Source: Sandaracinaceae bacterium (lineage in GTDB: Bacteria > Myxococcota_A > Polyangia > Polyangiales > Sandaracinaceae). From it: DNA of 21,382 nucleotides. The notes beneath the pieces are model-generated. The model was not told where the DNA came from, searched no databases, and was given only the letters and a program-made list of their open reading frames with translations. How positions within the stretch are numbered: the first letter of the stretch is position 1; each line of letters begins with the position of its first letter. Location: assembly GCA_044220955.1 (NCBI GenBank), contig JBGAQA010000106.1, positions 1 through 21,382 of the forward strand, given 5' to 3'. Positions 1-7,783 of the stretch are shown here, one piece after another. Made by a program: the position numbers and the translations under genes.

Positions 1-1
1 C

Positions 2-373
2 GGCGCGACCAAGCCCGCGCTCGGCGCGGTCCTCTCTCACGCCGTCCCGCGGCTGGTCACCCCCGAGCGCGTCGTCCTCTCGTTCGCGAAGGGCTCGTTC
101 TACGCCAAGCAGGCCGACACCGACGCTGCTCGCGGCGCCGTCGCCGACGTGGCCGAGCGCCGCCTCGGCGCGCGGCCGGCCATCGAGATCGTCGAGACGG
201 ACGTCGCCCCCGACGCCGCCACGCCCACGCTCGCCAAGATCGAGGACGAGCGCGCACGCGCGCGGCTCGAGGCCACCAAGCGCAAGGCGCTGAACCACCC
301 CGTCGTGGTCGAGGCGCTCGCGGTGTTCGAGGCCAAGGGCCGCACGATCGACGTCCGCGTGGACGAGAGCTGA
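2..373 (+). CDS. dnaX: DNA polymerase III subunit gamma/tau, C-terminal part (5'-truncated by window edge)
   Basis: The frame is open from base 2 (GATKPALGAVLSHAVPRLVTPERVVLSFAKGSFYAKQ...) to TGA at 371-373 and ends KALNHPVVVEALAVFEAK, which resembles tau C-termini. It lies directly upstream of ybaB-recR, the conserved dnaX-ybaB-recR order. The ATPase domain is not visible. Confidence 0.8.
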   Translation, partial: GATKPALGAVLSHAVPRLVTPERVVLSFAKGSFYAKQADTDAARGAVADVAERRLGARPAIEIVETDVAPDAATPTLAKIEDERARARLEATKRKALNHPVVVEALAVFEAKGRTIDVRVDES

Positions 374-414
374 TCGGAACGGTATACGACGCGCCTTCCG
401 GAGGACCGACCCCG

Positions 415-741
415 ATGACGAACCACTTCCGCGGCGGGATGAGCGAGCTCATGCGCCAGGCGAGCCGCCTGCAGCGCAAGATCGAGAAGCGCAAGGAAGA
501 GCTCAAGACGGCCACGGTCGAGGCGACCTCGGGCAACGACCAGGTGAAGGTCGTCGTCAACGGCGCGCGCGACCTCGTGAGCATCACCATCGCCCCCGAG
601 CTGCTCAAGTCCGAGGACCTCTCGATGGTCCAGGACCTCATCGTCACCGCGGTGAACGCCGGCGCGAAGAAGAGCGCCGAGATGGTGGACGCCGAGCTCG
701 AGAAGGTCACCGGCGGCCTGAAGATCCCTGGTTTGTTCTGA
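415..741 (+). CDS. ybaB: YbaB/EbfC family nucleoid-associated protein
   Basis: 108 aa with MSELMRQASRLQ...VEATSGNDQVKVVVNG...DLIVTAVN...VTGGLKIPGLF. GGAGG lies upstream and the gene sits between dnaX and recR. Confidence 0.95.
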   Translation: MTNHFRGGMSELMRQASRLQRKIEKRKEELKTATVEATSGNDQVKVVVNGARDLVSITIAPELLKSEDLSMVQDLIVTAVNAGAKKSAEMVDAELEKVTGGLKIPGLF

Positions 742-743
742 GC

Positions 744-749
744 TAGTCT
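744..749 (+). promoter_or_regulatory. Putative -10 element (TAGTCT) for a leaderless recR transcript
   Basis: A TAnnnT hexamer lies 7 nt before the recR GTG at 757, and the 15-nt gap has no Shine-Dalgarno. Confidence 0.5.
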
Positions 750-756
750 CGCGCGC

Positions 757-1347
757 GTGGAGGACCCCATCGCGCAGCTCGTGGCGCTGCTCGCTCGCCT
801 GCCGGGCGTCGGCGAGCGGACCGCGACGCGCTACGTGCACCACCTCCTGGCCGAGGACGCGAGCCTCGCCGCGTCGCTCGGCGAGGCGCTCGGGACGCTG
901 CACGCGCGCGTGCATCGCTGCGTCGAGTGCGGGAACTGGGGGCCCGGCGAGCGCTGCGCCATCTGCGTGGACACGCGCCGCGATCCGAGCGTGCTCTGCG
1001 TCGTCGCGCGCGTGCCCGACCTCGCGGCCATCGAGCGCGGCGGGGTGTTCCGCGGCCGCTACCACGTGCTCCACGCGCTGCTCGCGCCCCTCGACGGCAT
1101 GGGCCCCGAGCGCATCGACGTCGCGCGCCTCGCCGAGCGCGTGGCCCAGGGCGGAGTCCGCGAGGTGATCGTCGCGACCCCGCTCTCGGTCGAGGGCGAG
1201 GCCACGGCGCTCTACGTGAGCCAGTCGCTCGATCACGCCAGCGTGCGCGTGACCCGCATCGCGAGCGGCATCCCACACGGCGGCGAGCTCGAGTACGCCG
1301 ACCCCATCACGCTCGGACGCGCGCTCGACGGGCGGCGGAGCGTATGA
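757..1347 (+). CDS. recR: Recombination mediator RecR
   Basis: HhH motif LPGVGERTATR, zinc finger CVECGN...CAIC, Toprim motif VIVATPLSVEGEATA, and C-terminal RIASGIPHGGELEYADPITLGRALDGR. Confidence 0.97.
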   Translation: MEDPIAQLVALLARLPGVGERTATRYVHHLLAEDASLAASLGEALGTLHARVHRCVECGNWGPGERCAICVDTRRDPSVLCVVARVPDLAAIERGGVFRGRYHVLHALLAPLDGMGPERIDVARLAERVAQGGVREVIVATPLSVEGEATALYVSQSLDHASVRVTRIASGIPHGGELEYADPITLGRALDGRRSV

Positions 1348-3149
1348 CCGGCCTGGCCGCCCGCGGACGAGCGATCGCCGCCGAGACCTGGCTCGCCGCG
1401 CTCGTCGTGCTCGTCGTCTTGATGATGGTCCTGCCGCTGCCGACGCCGCTGCTGGATCTCTTGCTCGTCTCGAACCTCGCCGTCTCGCTCCTCTTGCTGC
1501 TCTCCGCGATCTCGGCGCGCTCGCCGCTCGCGCTCTCGGCCTTGCCGACGCTCTTGCTCGTGACGACGCTCTTCCGGCTCGCGCTGAACGTCAGCTCGAC
1601 GCGCCTGATCCTGCTCCAGGCCGACGCGGGCCGCGTCATCGACGCGTTCGGCGCCTTCGTCGTGCGCGGCAACTACGCCGTCGGCGCGATCGTGTTCCTC
1701 GTGCTCACGATCGTGCAGTACGTCGTGATCGCGCGCGGCAGCGAGCGCGTCGCCGAGGTCGCGGCGCGCTTCGCGCTCGACGCGCTGCCCGGAAGGCAGA
1801 TGGCCATCGACGCCGAGCTGCGGGCCGGCGCCCTCACGGCCGAGGAGGCGCGCCGCCGCCGCAGCGACCTCTCTCGTGAGAGCAGCCTGTACGGCGCGCT
1901 CGATGGCGCGATGAAGTTCGTGAAGGGCGACGCCATCGCCGGGATCGTGATCCTCGTGGTGAACCTCGTGGGTGGCGTCGCGATCGGCGTCGGCCTCCAC
2001 GACCTCGAGGTGGGCCAGAGCCTGCGCACGTACGGCCTGCTCACGATCGGCGACGGGCTCGTGACCCAGATCCCCTCGCTCCTCGTCTCCACCGCCGCGG
2101 GGGTCGTCGTCACCCGTGTCGCGTCGGCCGAGGTGGACGGCTCGCTCGGCGCCGACATCGCGGCGCAGATGCTCGGGTCGTGGCGGACGCTCGGCCTCGC
2201 GGCGTCGGCGCTCGTCGCGCTCGCGATCGTGCCCGGGATGCCCACGCTCCCGTTCGTCGCGCTCGCGGCGGTGCTCGGCGGGCTCGCGTACGTCGCGCAT
2301 CGCGGCGCACCGCGCGATCGGGGAGCCGCGCCGATCGTGGTCGAGATCGGTGCCGAGCTCGCTCCGAGGCCCACGCACGACGTGCTCGTCGCCAGGGCCG
2401 TGACGGCAGCCGAGACGGAGCTGGGCGTGATGCTCCCCCGCGTTCGCGGCGCTCCGGCGACGGAGCCGCGCGTGGTCCGTGTGCGGATCGACGGCCTCGC
2501 GAGCGCGGAGCGAACGCCCGACCCGGGCGCCGACGCGGCGGCCGCGCTCACGTCGGCGCTCGTCGCCGCCGTCCGGCGCGACGTCCGGCTCGCGATCGGC
2601 CCCGACGAGGTCGGCGCGATGCTCGATGGCCTGGCGGCCGAGCGTCCGGCGCTGGTGCGACAGAGCGTGCCCCGCCCGCTGACCCTGGGGGCGCTCACGG
2701 ACGTCGTCCGCGCGCTCGTGGCGGAGGGCATTGCACCCCGGCCCTTCGGCACGGTGGTGGAGGCGGCCGCTCGGTCGACCGACGCGCTGCAGCGCGTCGA
2801 GCAGGTGCGGGGCGCGCTGAGCCGCGCCATCACCGCCCAGCTCGCGCCCACCGGGTCGCTCGACGTGATCGAGCTCGACGGGATGCTCGAGGACGCCATC
2901 CGCGACGGCCTCACCCGCGCGAGCGGCACCGTCCACCTCGCCCTCGCGCCGGCGCTGGCGCGCGATGCCATCCGCGCGCTGCGCCAGGCGACCGAGGCGA
3001 GCCCGAAGGGCGTGCTCCTCGTGGCCGGCGACCTCCGCCCACACGTGCGCACGCTGGTGGCGGCCGAGCTGCCCGATCTGCGCGTGCTCTGCGCCCGCGA
3101 GCTGGACGCCCGGACCGAGCTGCGGACCGTCGCCCGGGCGGCGGTGTGA
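1344..3149 (+). CDS. FHIPEP family type III export gate protein (FlhA/SctV-like), 601 aa
   Basis: Motifs LPTLLLVTTLFRLALNVSSTRLILL, ERVAEVAARFALDALPGRQMAIDAEL, LYGALDGAMKFVKGDAIAG, LTIGDGLVTQIPSLLVSTAAGVVVTRV and IVPGMP. ATG 1344 overlaps the recR stop (ATGA). The 927 start in the ORF track is a shadow extension. I cannot decide flagellar versus non-flagellar by eye. Confidence 0.93.
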   Translation: MTGLAARGRAIAAETWLAALVVLVVLMMVLPLPTPLLDLLLVSNLAVSLLLLLSAISARSPLALSALPTLLLVTTLFRLALNVSSTRLILLQADAGRVIDAFGAFVVRGNYAVGAIVFLVLTIVQYVVIARGSERVAEVAARFALDALPGRQMAIDAELRAGALTAEEARRRRSDLSRESSLYGALDGAMKFVKGDAIAGIVILVVNLVGGVAIGVGLHDLEVGQSLRTYGLLTIGDGLVTQIPSLLVSTAAGVVVTRVASAEVDGSLGADIAAQMLGSWRTLGLAASALVALAIVPGMPTLPFVALAAVLGGLAYVAHRGAPRDRGAAPIVVEIGAELAPRPTHDVLVARAVTAAETELGVMLPRVRGAPATEPRVVRVRIDGLASAERTPDPGADAAAALTSALVAAVRRDVRLAIGPDEVGAMLDGLAAERPALVRQSVPRPLTLGALTDVVRALVAEGIAPRPFGTVVEAAARSTDALQRVEQVRGALSRAITAQLAPTGSLDVIELDGMLEDAIRDGLTRASGTVHLALAPALARDAIRALRQATEASPKGVLLVAGDLRPHVRTLVAAELPDLRVLCARELDARTELRTVARAAV

Positions 3150-3288
3150 ACCGTGCGTCGGCTCCTTCGGGGGGTGGGTGTGAACGCGCCATCACGCGGC
3201 CCGAGCACGCGACGTCCGTCCGGGGGGTGTCGGCCGCGATCCTGCGTAGATCCGGGGAAACCGCCGCTAGTTTCCCGAATCCAATGGG

Positions 3289-3304
3289 TGGCACTACGAT
3301 TGCT
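3289..3304 (+). promoter_or_regulatory. Sigma54 (RpoN) -24/-12 promoter
   Basis: TGGCAC-TACGA-TTGCT is an exact match to TGGCAC-N5-TTGCW. It is intergenic and ends 36 nt before the ATG at 3341. Confidence 0.88.
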
Positions 3305-3340
3305 CGAAGGCGAGCGGGCCTCCAAGAGGGGGGTTTGAAT

Positions 3341-4228
3341 ATGAACAACCGCATTCTCAGCTCCGTGTCGTTCCTGATCGCCGTGGCTGCCCTCGGAGCG
3401 CCCTCGCTGGCGTTCGCGCAGGTGGACACGCGCTGCCGTCCCGACGACCTGCTCTGCGCCGACGCGCAGATCGGTCCGATCGAGGGTCACATCCGGATCG
3501 GGCCAGGCGACGCGCCGCCGCCGGTCGTCGTGGAGACGCCGCCGCCGCCGCCCGTGGTCGTGACCGTGCCGCCGCCGGTGGCGACGCCGCCGACGGTGAT
3601 CGTGCAGGCGCCGCCGCCGCCCCCGCAGCAGGTGGTCGTCGTCGCGCCGCCGCCGCCGCGTGAGCCTCCGGTGGTCGCCGTGCAGACCGTGCGTCAGCGC
3701 CGCGTCGTGTACGACCTCGTGCCGACGTTCGACATGGGCCTGCACCTGAGCGGCAGTGCGATCTTCTCGGATCGGATCGGGATGGGCGGCATCAACGCGG
3801 CGCTCCGCATCCGGCCCGAGGCGCACATCGGCATCGATGTCGGCACCGGCTTCTGGTACGGAAACGACTACAACGGCGCCGAGCACTGGGAGATGCCGCT
3901 CCAGGCCGACCTCCTCGTGTTCTTCAACCCGGAGCACATGTTCCAGGTGTACGGCGTCATCGGCGGCGGCGTGAGCTTCGGCCACGCGACGGGGGGCATC
4001 GGCCGCATGGACCGCGACCTCACGTACGCCGGGGGCGAGGCGGGTCTCGGCGCGGAGCTCCGGCTGGCGCGCTTCTTCGCCATCAACCTCGACGTGCGCG
4101 GGTTCGTCCGCCAGCAGGTCGGCGGCGGCGCGCCCGAGTTCACCAACCTGGCGACCGGACAGACCACCGACACCAGCGGCGGCTTCTACGGCACCCTCGG
4201 CATGACGTTCTACTTCTTCGGTCGCTGA
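3341..4228 (+). CDS. Exported protein with Pro/Val-rich linker and C-terminal outer-membrane beta-barrel (about 8 strands), 295 aa
   Basis: Sec signal MNNRILSSVSFLIAVAALGAPSLAFA|Q, then repeated PPPPPVVV tracts, then alternating Gly/aromatic strands (MGLHLSG, IGIDVGTGF, QVYGVIGGGVSFG, YAGGEAGLGAELRL, FAINLDVRGF), ending FYGTLGMTFYFFGR like a BAM beta-signal. A purine-rich RBS precedes the ATG. Confidence 0.8.
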   Translation: MNNRILSSVSFLIAVAALGAPSLAFAQVDTRCRPDDLLCADAQIGPIEGHIRIGPGDAPPPVVVETPPPPPVVVTVPPPVATPPTVIVQAPPPPPQQVVVVAPPPPREPPVVAVQTVRQRRVVYDLVPTFDMGLHLSGSAIFSDRIGMGGINAALRIRPEAHIGIDVGTGFWYGNDYNGAEHWEMPLQADLLVFFNPEHMFQVYGVIGGGVSFGHATGGIGRMDRDLTYAGGEAGLGAELRLARFFAINLDVRGFVRQQVGGGAPEFTNLATGQTTDTSGGFYGTLGMTFYFFGR

Positions 4229-4285
4229 GCATCGGCGGGCCCTGAGCGGGCGCAGCCCGCGGACCAAGGCCACGCCCAGTCGTCG

Positions 4286-4322
4286 ACGGCCCGAGCAGCG
4301 ATGCTCGGGCCGTTTCGCGTTC
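4286..4322 (+). terminator. Intrinsic terminator-like hairpin between convergent genes
   Basis: Perfect 12-bp stem ACGGCCCGAGCA/TGCTCGGGCCGT with a GCGA tetraloop, followed by a weak T-tract (TTCGCGTTC). Confidence 0.7.
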
Positions 4323-4343
4323 TGGCTCGGGGTCGCGCGGAGG

Positions 4344-5180
4344 TCAGGGCTTGCGCTGCAGGAGCTTGCCGAGGAACCCCTTCGGAGGCGCCTCGGAGGG
4401 ACGTGTCGGGGGCGGCGGCGGCGCGGTGCGCGGGGGCGGCGGCGGCGCGGTCTTGGGCCTGGGCTGGGCCTCCGCCGCCGGGGACTCTTCCTCGAGCTCG
4501 ATCATCTCGTCGAGATCCAGCTCGACGTCGCTCATGGCGACCGCGTCGTCCTCGTCGGACATCGCAGGGGCAGGCCGCGAGTAGCGCTCGGCATCCTCCG
4601 CCGTGAACATGGTGGTCGGCTCGGGCTCGATCTCCGGCGCGAGGGGGACGGCGCCCTCGTCACGCATCGGGTCGGACTCACCGAGGAGCGACGCGAGGTC
4701 CGCCGAAGGGTCGTCGGCACCGGTGTCGAGCAACGCCCGCGTCTCGGTCGCCGGTCCGAGGTCGGGCGGCACCACCGCCGCGAACGGCGTGCTCGCGGTC
4801 GTCGAGAGCGGCGCGAGCTCGGCGGGCTCTTCGAGCGGCGTCTCGCCCGAGTCGAGGTCCAGCGAGAGCGGCGGCGCCGGATCCGAGGGCGGCAGCGCGA
4901 GGACCGCCGGGAGCTCGGAGCTCGCGAGCACGTCGTCCGGGACGTCGATCTGGCCGGACGGCGGGGCGTCGTCGGCCGCGGGCGCCTGCGCGACGGGCGG
5001 CTCGGTGTCGATGCTCGCGGGCACGGACCGAGGCGCCGTCCCCGAGCCGAGCTCGGCGAGCTCCCGATCGATCTCGGACAGGGCGCGCCTCGCGCGCGCG
5101 GCATGCTGCACGGCGGCGAGGCGGGCCGGATCGACGGCGATCTTGTCGAGATCGCGATCGATCTCGGTGAGCGAGGGCAT
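4344..5180 (-). CDS. Hypothetical acidic, Pro-rich, probably disordered protein (278 aa) with C-terminal amphipathic helix
   Basis: This is the protein-like 3' part of the 4344..6911 ORF, starting MPSLTEIDRDLDKIAVD (ATG 5180) and ending KGFLGKLLQRKP. It fills the gap between the terminator and the divergent psuG. Confidence 0.75.
   Translation of the reverse strand: MPSLTEIDRDLDKIAVDPARLAAVQHAARARRALSEIDRELAELGSGTAPRSVPASIDTEPPVAQAPAADDAPPSGQIDVPDDVLASSELPAVLALPPSDPAPPLSLDLDSGETPLEEPAELAPLSTTASTPFAAVVPPDLGPATETRALLDTGADDPSADLASLLGESDPMRDEGAVPLAPEIEPEPTTMFTAEDAERYSRPAPAMSDEDDAVAMSDVELDLDEMIELEEESPAAEAQPRPKTAPPPPPRTAPPPPPTRPSEAPPKGFLGKLLQRKP
4407..4451. repeat. In-frame 24-bp-period tandem duplication encoding TAPPPPP twice
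   Basis: CGGGGGCGGCGGCGGCGCGGT occurs at 4407-4427 and again at 4431-4451. Confidence 0.8.
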
Positions 5181-5229
5181 CGGCGGAGGATCTTGGCGGA
5201 GTTGCGGTCCGAGGTAAAGAGCGCTCGTC

Positions 5230-6144
5230 ATGCTGTGGATCGCGGACGAGGTACGTGGAGCGCTCGCGCGCCGGAAGCCGGTCGTCGCGCTGGAGTCGAC
5301 GCTCTTCGCGCACGGCCTGCCTGCGCCTCGGGGTGTCGCGACGGCGCGCGCGCTCGAGGCGATCGTGCGAGGGGCCGGGGCGACGCCCGCGACCGTCGGG
5401 ATGATCGAGGGCCGGCTGATCGTGGGGCTGGCGGACGCCGAGATCGTCCGCATCGCCGACGGTCCGGCCACGCGCAAGCTGAGCCGGTCCGATCTCGCGC
5501 ACGCGGCCGCGACGCGCGCGACCGGAGCCACCACCGTCTCGGCGACGATGATCGCGGCCCACCGCGCCGGCATCCCCCTCTTCGCGACGGGCGGCATCGG
5601 CGGCGTGCACCGGGGCGTGGAACAGACCATGGACGTCTCGGCCGATCTCACCGAGCTCGGACGCACCCCCGTCTGTGTCGTCGCCGCGGGCGCGAAGTCG
5701 ATCCTCGATCTGCCGCGCACGCTCGAGCTGCTCGAGACGCACGGAGTCCCCGTGATCGGATACGCGACGGACGAGCTGCCCGCGTTCTTCGTTCGCTCGA
5801 GCGGACTGAGCCTGCACCAGCGCGTGGAGGACGCCGAAGAGGCCGCGCGCGTGATCCGCGCGCAGCAGCAGCTGGGGCTCGAGACGGGGATCCTCCTCGC
5901 GGTGCCGCCGCCCGCCGCGAGCGCGCTCGACGCCGACACGGTCGCCTCGGCCATCGACGCGGCGCTCGCCGCCGCCGAGCGTGACGGGATCCGCGGCAAG
6001 TCGGTGACGCCGCGGCTGCTGGCGGAGGTGCGGGCGCGGACCGCCGGGCGCTCGCTCGAGGCGAACGTGGCCCTGGTCCAGCACAACGCGCGTGTGGCGG
6101 CGGAGGTCGCCGTGGCGCTCGCGGCGCTCGGCGCCGCAACGTGA
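5230..6144 (+). CDS. psuG: Pseudouridine-5'-phosphate glycosidase
   Basis: Motifs PVVALEST, KLSRSDL, GATTVSATM, FATGGIGGVHRG, DVSADLTEL, AGAKSILDL (Schiff-base Lys) and GKSVTPRLL. Confidence 0.95.
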   Translation: MLWIADEVRGALARRKPVVALESTLFAHGLPAPRGVATARALEAIVRGAGATPATVGMIEGRLIVGLADAEIVRIADGPATRKLSRSDLAHAAATRATGATTVSATMIAAHRAGIPLFATGGIGGVHRGVEQTMDVSADLTELGRTPVCVVAAGAKSILDLPRTLELLETHGVPVIGYATDELPAFFVRSSGLSLHQRVEDAEEAARVIRAQQQLGLETGILLAVPPPAASALDADTVASAIDAALAAAERDGIRGKSVTPRLLAEVRARTAGRSLEANVALVQHNARVAAEVAVALAALGAAT

Positions 6145-6168
6145 GCCGAGCCGCGCCGACAAGGAGGC

Positions 6169-7779
6169 ATGCGTGCTCTGCGCGTGCTGCTCGCCGCTGG
6201 CGTCGCCAGCTCCGCCGGCTGTCTCTCGCCTCCGATCCTGCCTCCGCGACCGGACGCCGGGCGGGATGTCGGCGTGGACGCGTCCGTCCCGCCCTTCGCC
6301 GTGCTGGCGCTCGAGGTCACGGACGCGCTCGGCCGTCCGTGGCGAGGCGCGGCCCCACGGACGCCCCACATCCGGATCACGCTCTCGTCGCCCCCCCACG
6401 ATCCGGGGCAGGCGCTGCTCTTGATGGGCACCGACGACGCCTCGCTCGACGAGGATCTCGCGGATCTGCCGCTGCGCGCAGCGACGCTCGCGCGCTCGCT
6501 CCCCGTCCTCGCGACCGCCGCGGGCGACACGCTGACGCTGATCCCGGCCACGCCGCTCGATCCGGGTGCTTCGGTGACCGTCGCCCTCCCTCCCTGGCTG
6601 GCCGACGGACGCGGGGCGCGGCTCGGCGCGCCGTACACGCGGGAGCTCACCATCTCGACGTCCCCGGACGCGGGCGCGCGAGCGAGCGCGTCGTGGCCGC
6701 CGGACGGGGCGTTCGACGTCGCCCCGTCCCTCGCGCTCGCGGCCCTTCGCTTCGACGGAACGCTGGACGACCCGACACGCGCCGTGGTGCTCGCCGAGGC
6801 GGGCGGCGCAAGGGTCCCGTGCAGCACCGCGCTCGTCGCGTGCTCGACGATCGGCTGGCCGGACGGGGCCTGCGTGGAGCTGGTGCCGCTGGCCGGGCTC
6901 GACCCCGACACCGACTACACCCTGTCCGTGCCGGCCGGAGCGCGCGACGCCACCGGAGCCCGGGTCCCGGCGTTCGTCTCGCGCTTCTCGACGGCCATCG
7001 CCGCGCCCGGACCGCTCGAGTGGCTGCCTCTGGGCTGCGCCCTCGGGGAGAGCGCCAGTCCAGAGGGCTGCGCCCGCGCGGACGACGAGTCGATCGTGTT
7101 CCGCGGGCAGCTCTCGGCTGCGGCGCGGATCTCGTGGCGAGCCGATCCGTCCGCCGGGACCCTCATCGCCCCACGGGGCGAGGTCACCGTTCGCGTCGCT
7201 CCGCTGCCCGCGAGCACGCCCGTGACGCTGGCGATCGAGGCGCTGGATGCCGCAGGGGTCGCATCGCACTTCGAGCTCCCGCTCGCCACCACCGAGCCCC
7301 TGGCGACCCTGTCGATCACCGAAGTGCGCGCGGACCCGGCAGGTGTCGAGCCGCGGCAGGAGCTCCTCGAGATCCTGAACTACGGCACGTCTCCGGTCGC
7401 GCTCGGGGGGATGCGCCTCGCCGACGGTCCCTCGTCGGCGGGCGACGCGCTGCCGGCGATCTCGATCCCCCCCGGCGCGCGCGCGCTCGTCGTCGGGGCG
7501 TCCTTCGACCCCGACGACGACGCGGACGGCGCGGACGTGCCGGCCCCGCCGGGCGCACTGCTCGTCCGCGTCGACGCTTCGATCGGCTCGGGCGGGCTCT
7601 CGAACGGCGGCGAGCCGCTCTACCTGCGCGACGCGATGGACCGCTGGGTCTCCGCCGCTCCCGCCGAGCCCGCGCCACGCGAGGGGGTCTGTACCGTCCG
7701 CACGAGCACGAGCCCCCGCGTGGGCGCGCCGGGGTCGTTCGGCTACGATCCCGGCAGCACGTGTACGCCAGGACGCTGA
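6169..7779 (+). CDS. Lipoprotein with Ig-like (Big_5-type) domains and C-terminal lamin-tail domain (LTD)
   Basis: Lipobox SAG|C. Ig-like signatures LTLIPATPLDPG, SWPPDGAFDV and LVPLAGLDPDTDYTLSV. LTD signature LSITEVRADPAG...LEILNYGTSPVALGGMRLAD...LSNGGEPLYLRD...TPG. Confidence 0.78.
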   Translation: MRALRVLLAAGVASSAGCLSPPILPPRPDAGRDVGVDASVPPFAVLALEVTDALGRPWRGAAPRTPHIRITLSSPPHDPGQALLLMGTDDASLDEDLADLPLRAATLARSLPVLATAAGDTLTLIPATPLDPGASVTVALPPWLADGRGARLGAPYTRELTISTSPDAGARASASWPPDGAFDVAPSLALAALRFDGTLDDPTRAVVLAEAGGARVPCSTALVACSTIGWPDGACVELVPLAGLDPDTDYTLSVPAGARDATGARVPAFVSRFSTAIAAPGPLEWLPLGCALGESASPEGCARADDESIVFRGQLSAAARISWRADPSAGTLIAPRGEVTVRVAPLPASTPVTLAIEALDAAGVASHFELPLATTEPLATLSITEVRADPAGVEPRQELLEILNYGTSPVALGGMRLADGPSSAGDALPAISIPPGARALVVGASFDPDDDADGADVPAPPGALLVRVDASIGSGGLSNGGEPLYLRDAMDRWVSAAPAEPAPREGVCTVRTSTSPRVGAPGSFGYDPGSTCTPGR

Positions 7780-7783
7780 ATCG

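Noticed and set aside
927..1343. Apparent 139-aa N-terminal extension of the FHIPEP protein
   Set aside because: It overlaps recR out of frame and is low-complexity. ATG 1344 with ATGA coupling fits the family N-terminus.
2180..3340. Apparent long N-terminus on the beta-barrel protein
   Set aside because: It is a shadow of the FHIPEP gene. The signal peptide, RBS and sigma54 promoter all point to ATG 3341.
3510..3680. GCC/CCG-rich repeats as a possible array
   Set aside because: They are polyproline codons inside a CDS with no repeat-spacer structure. No CRISPR array was seen anywhere.
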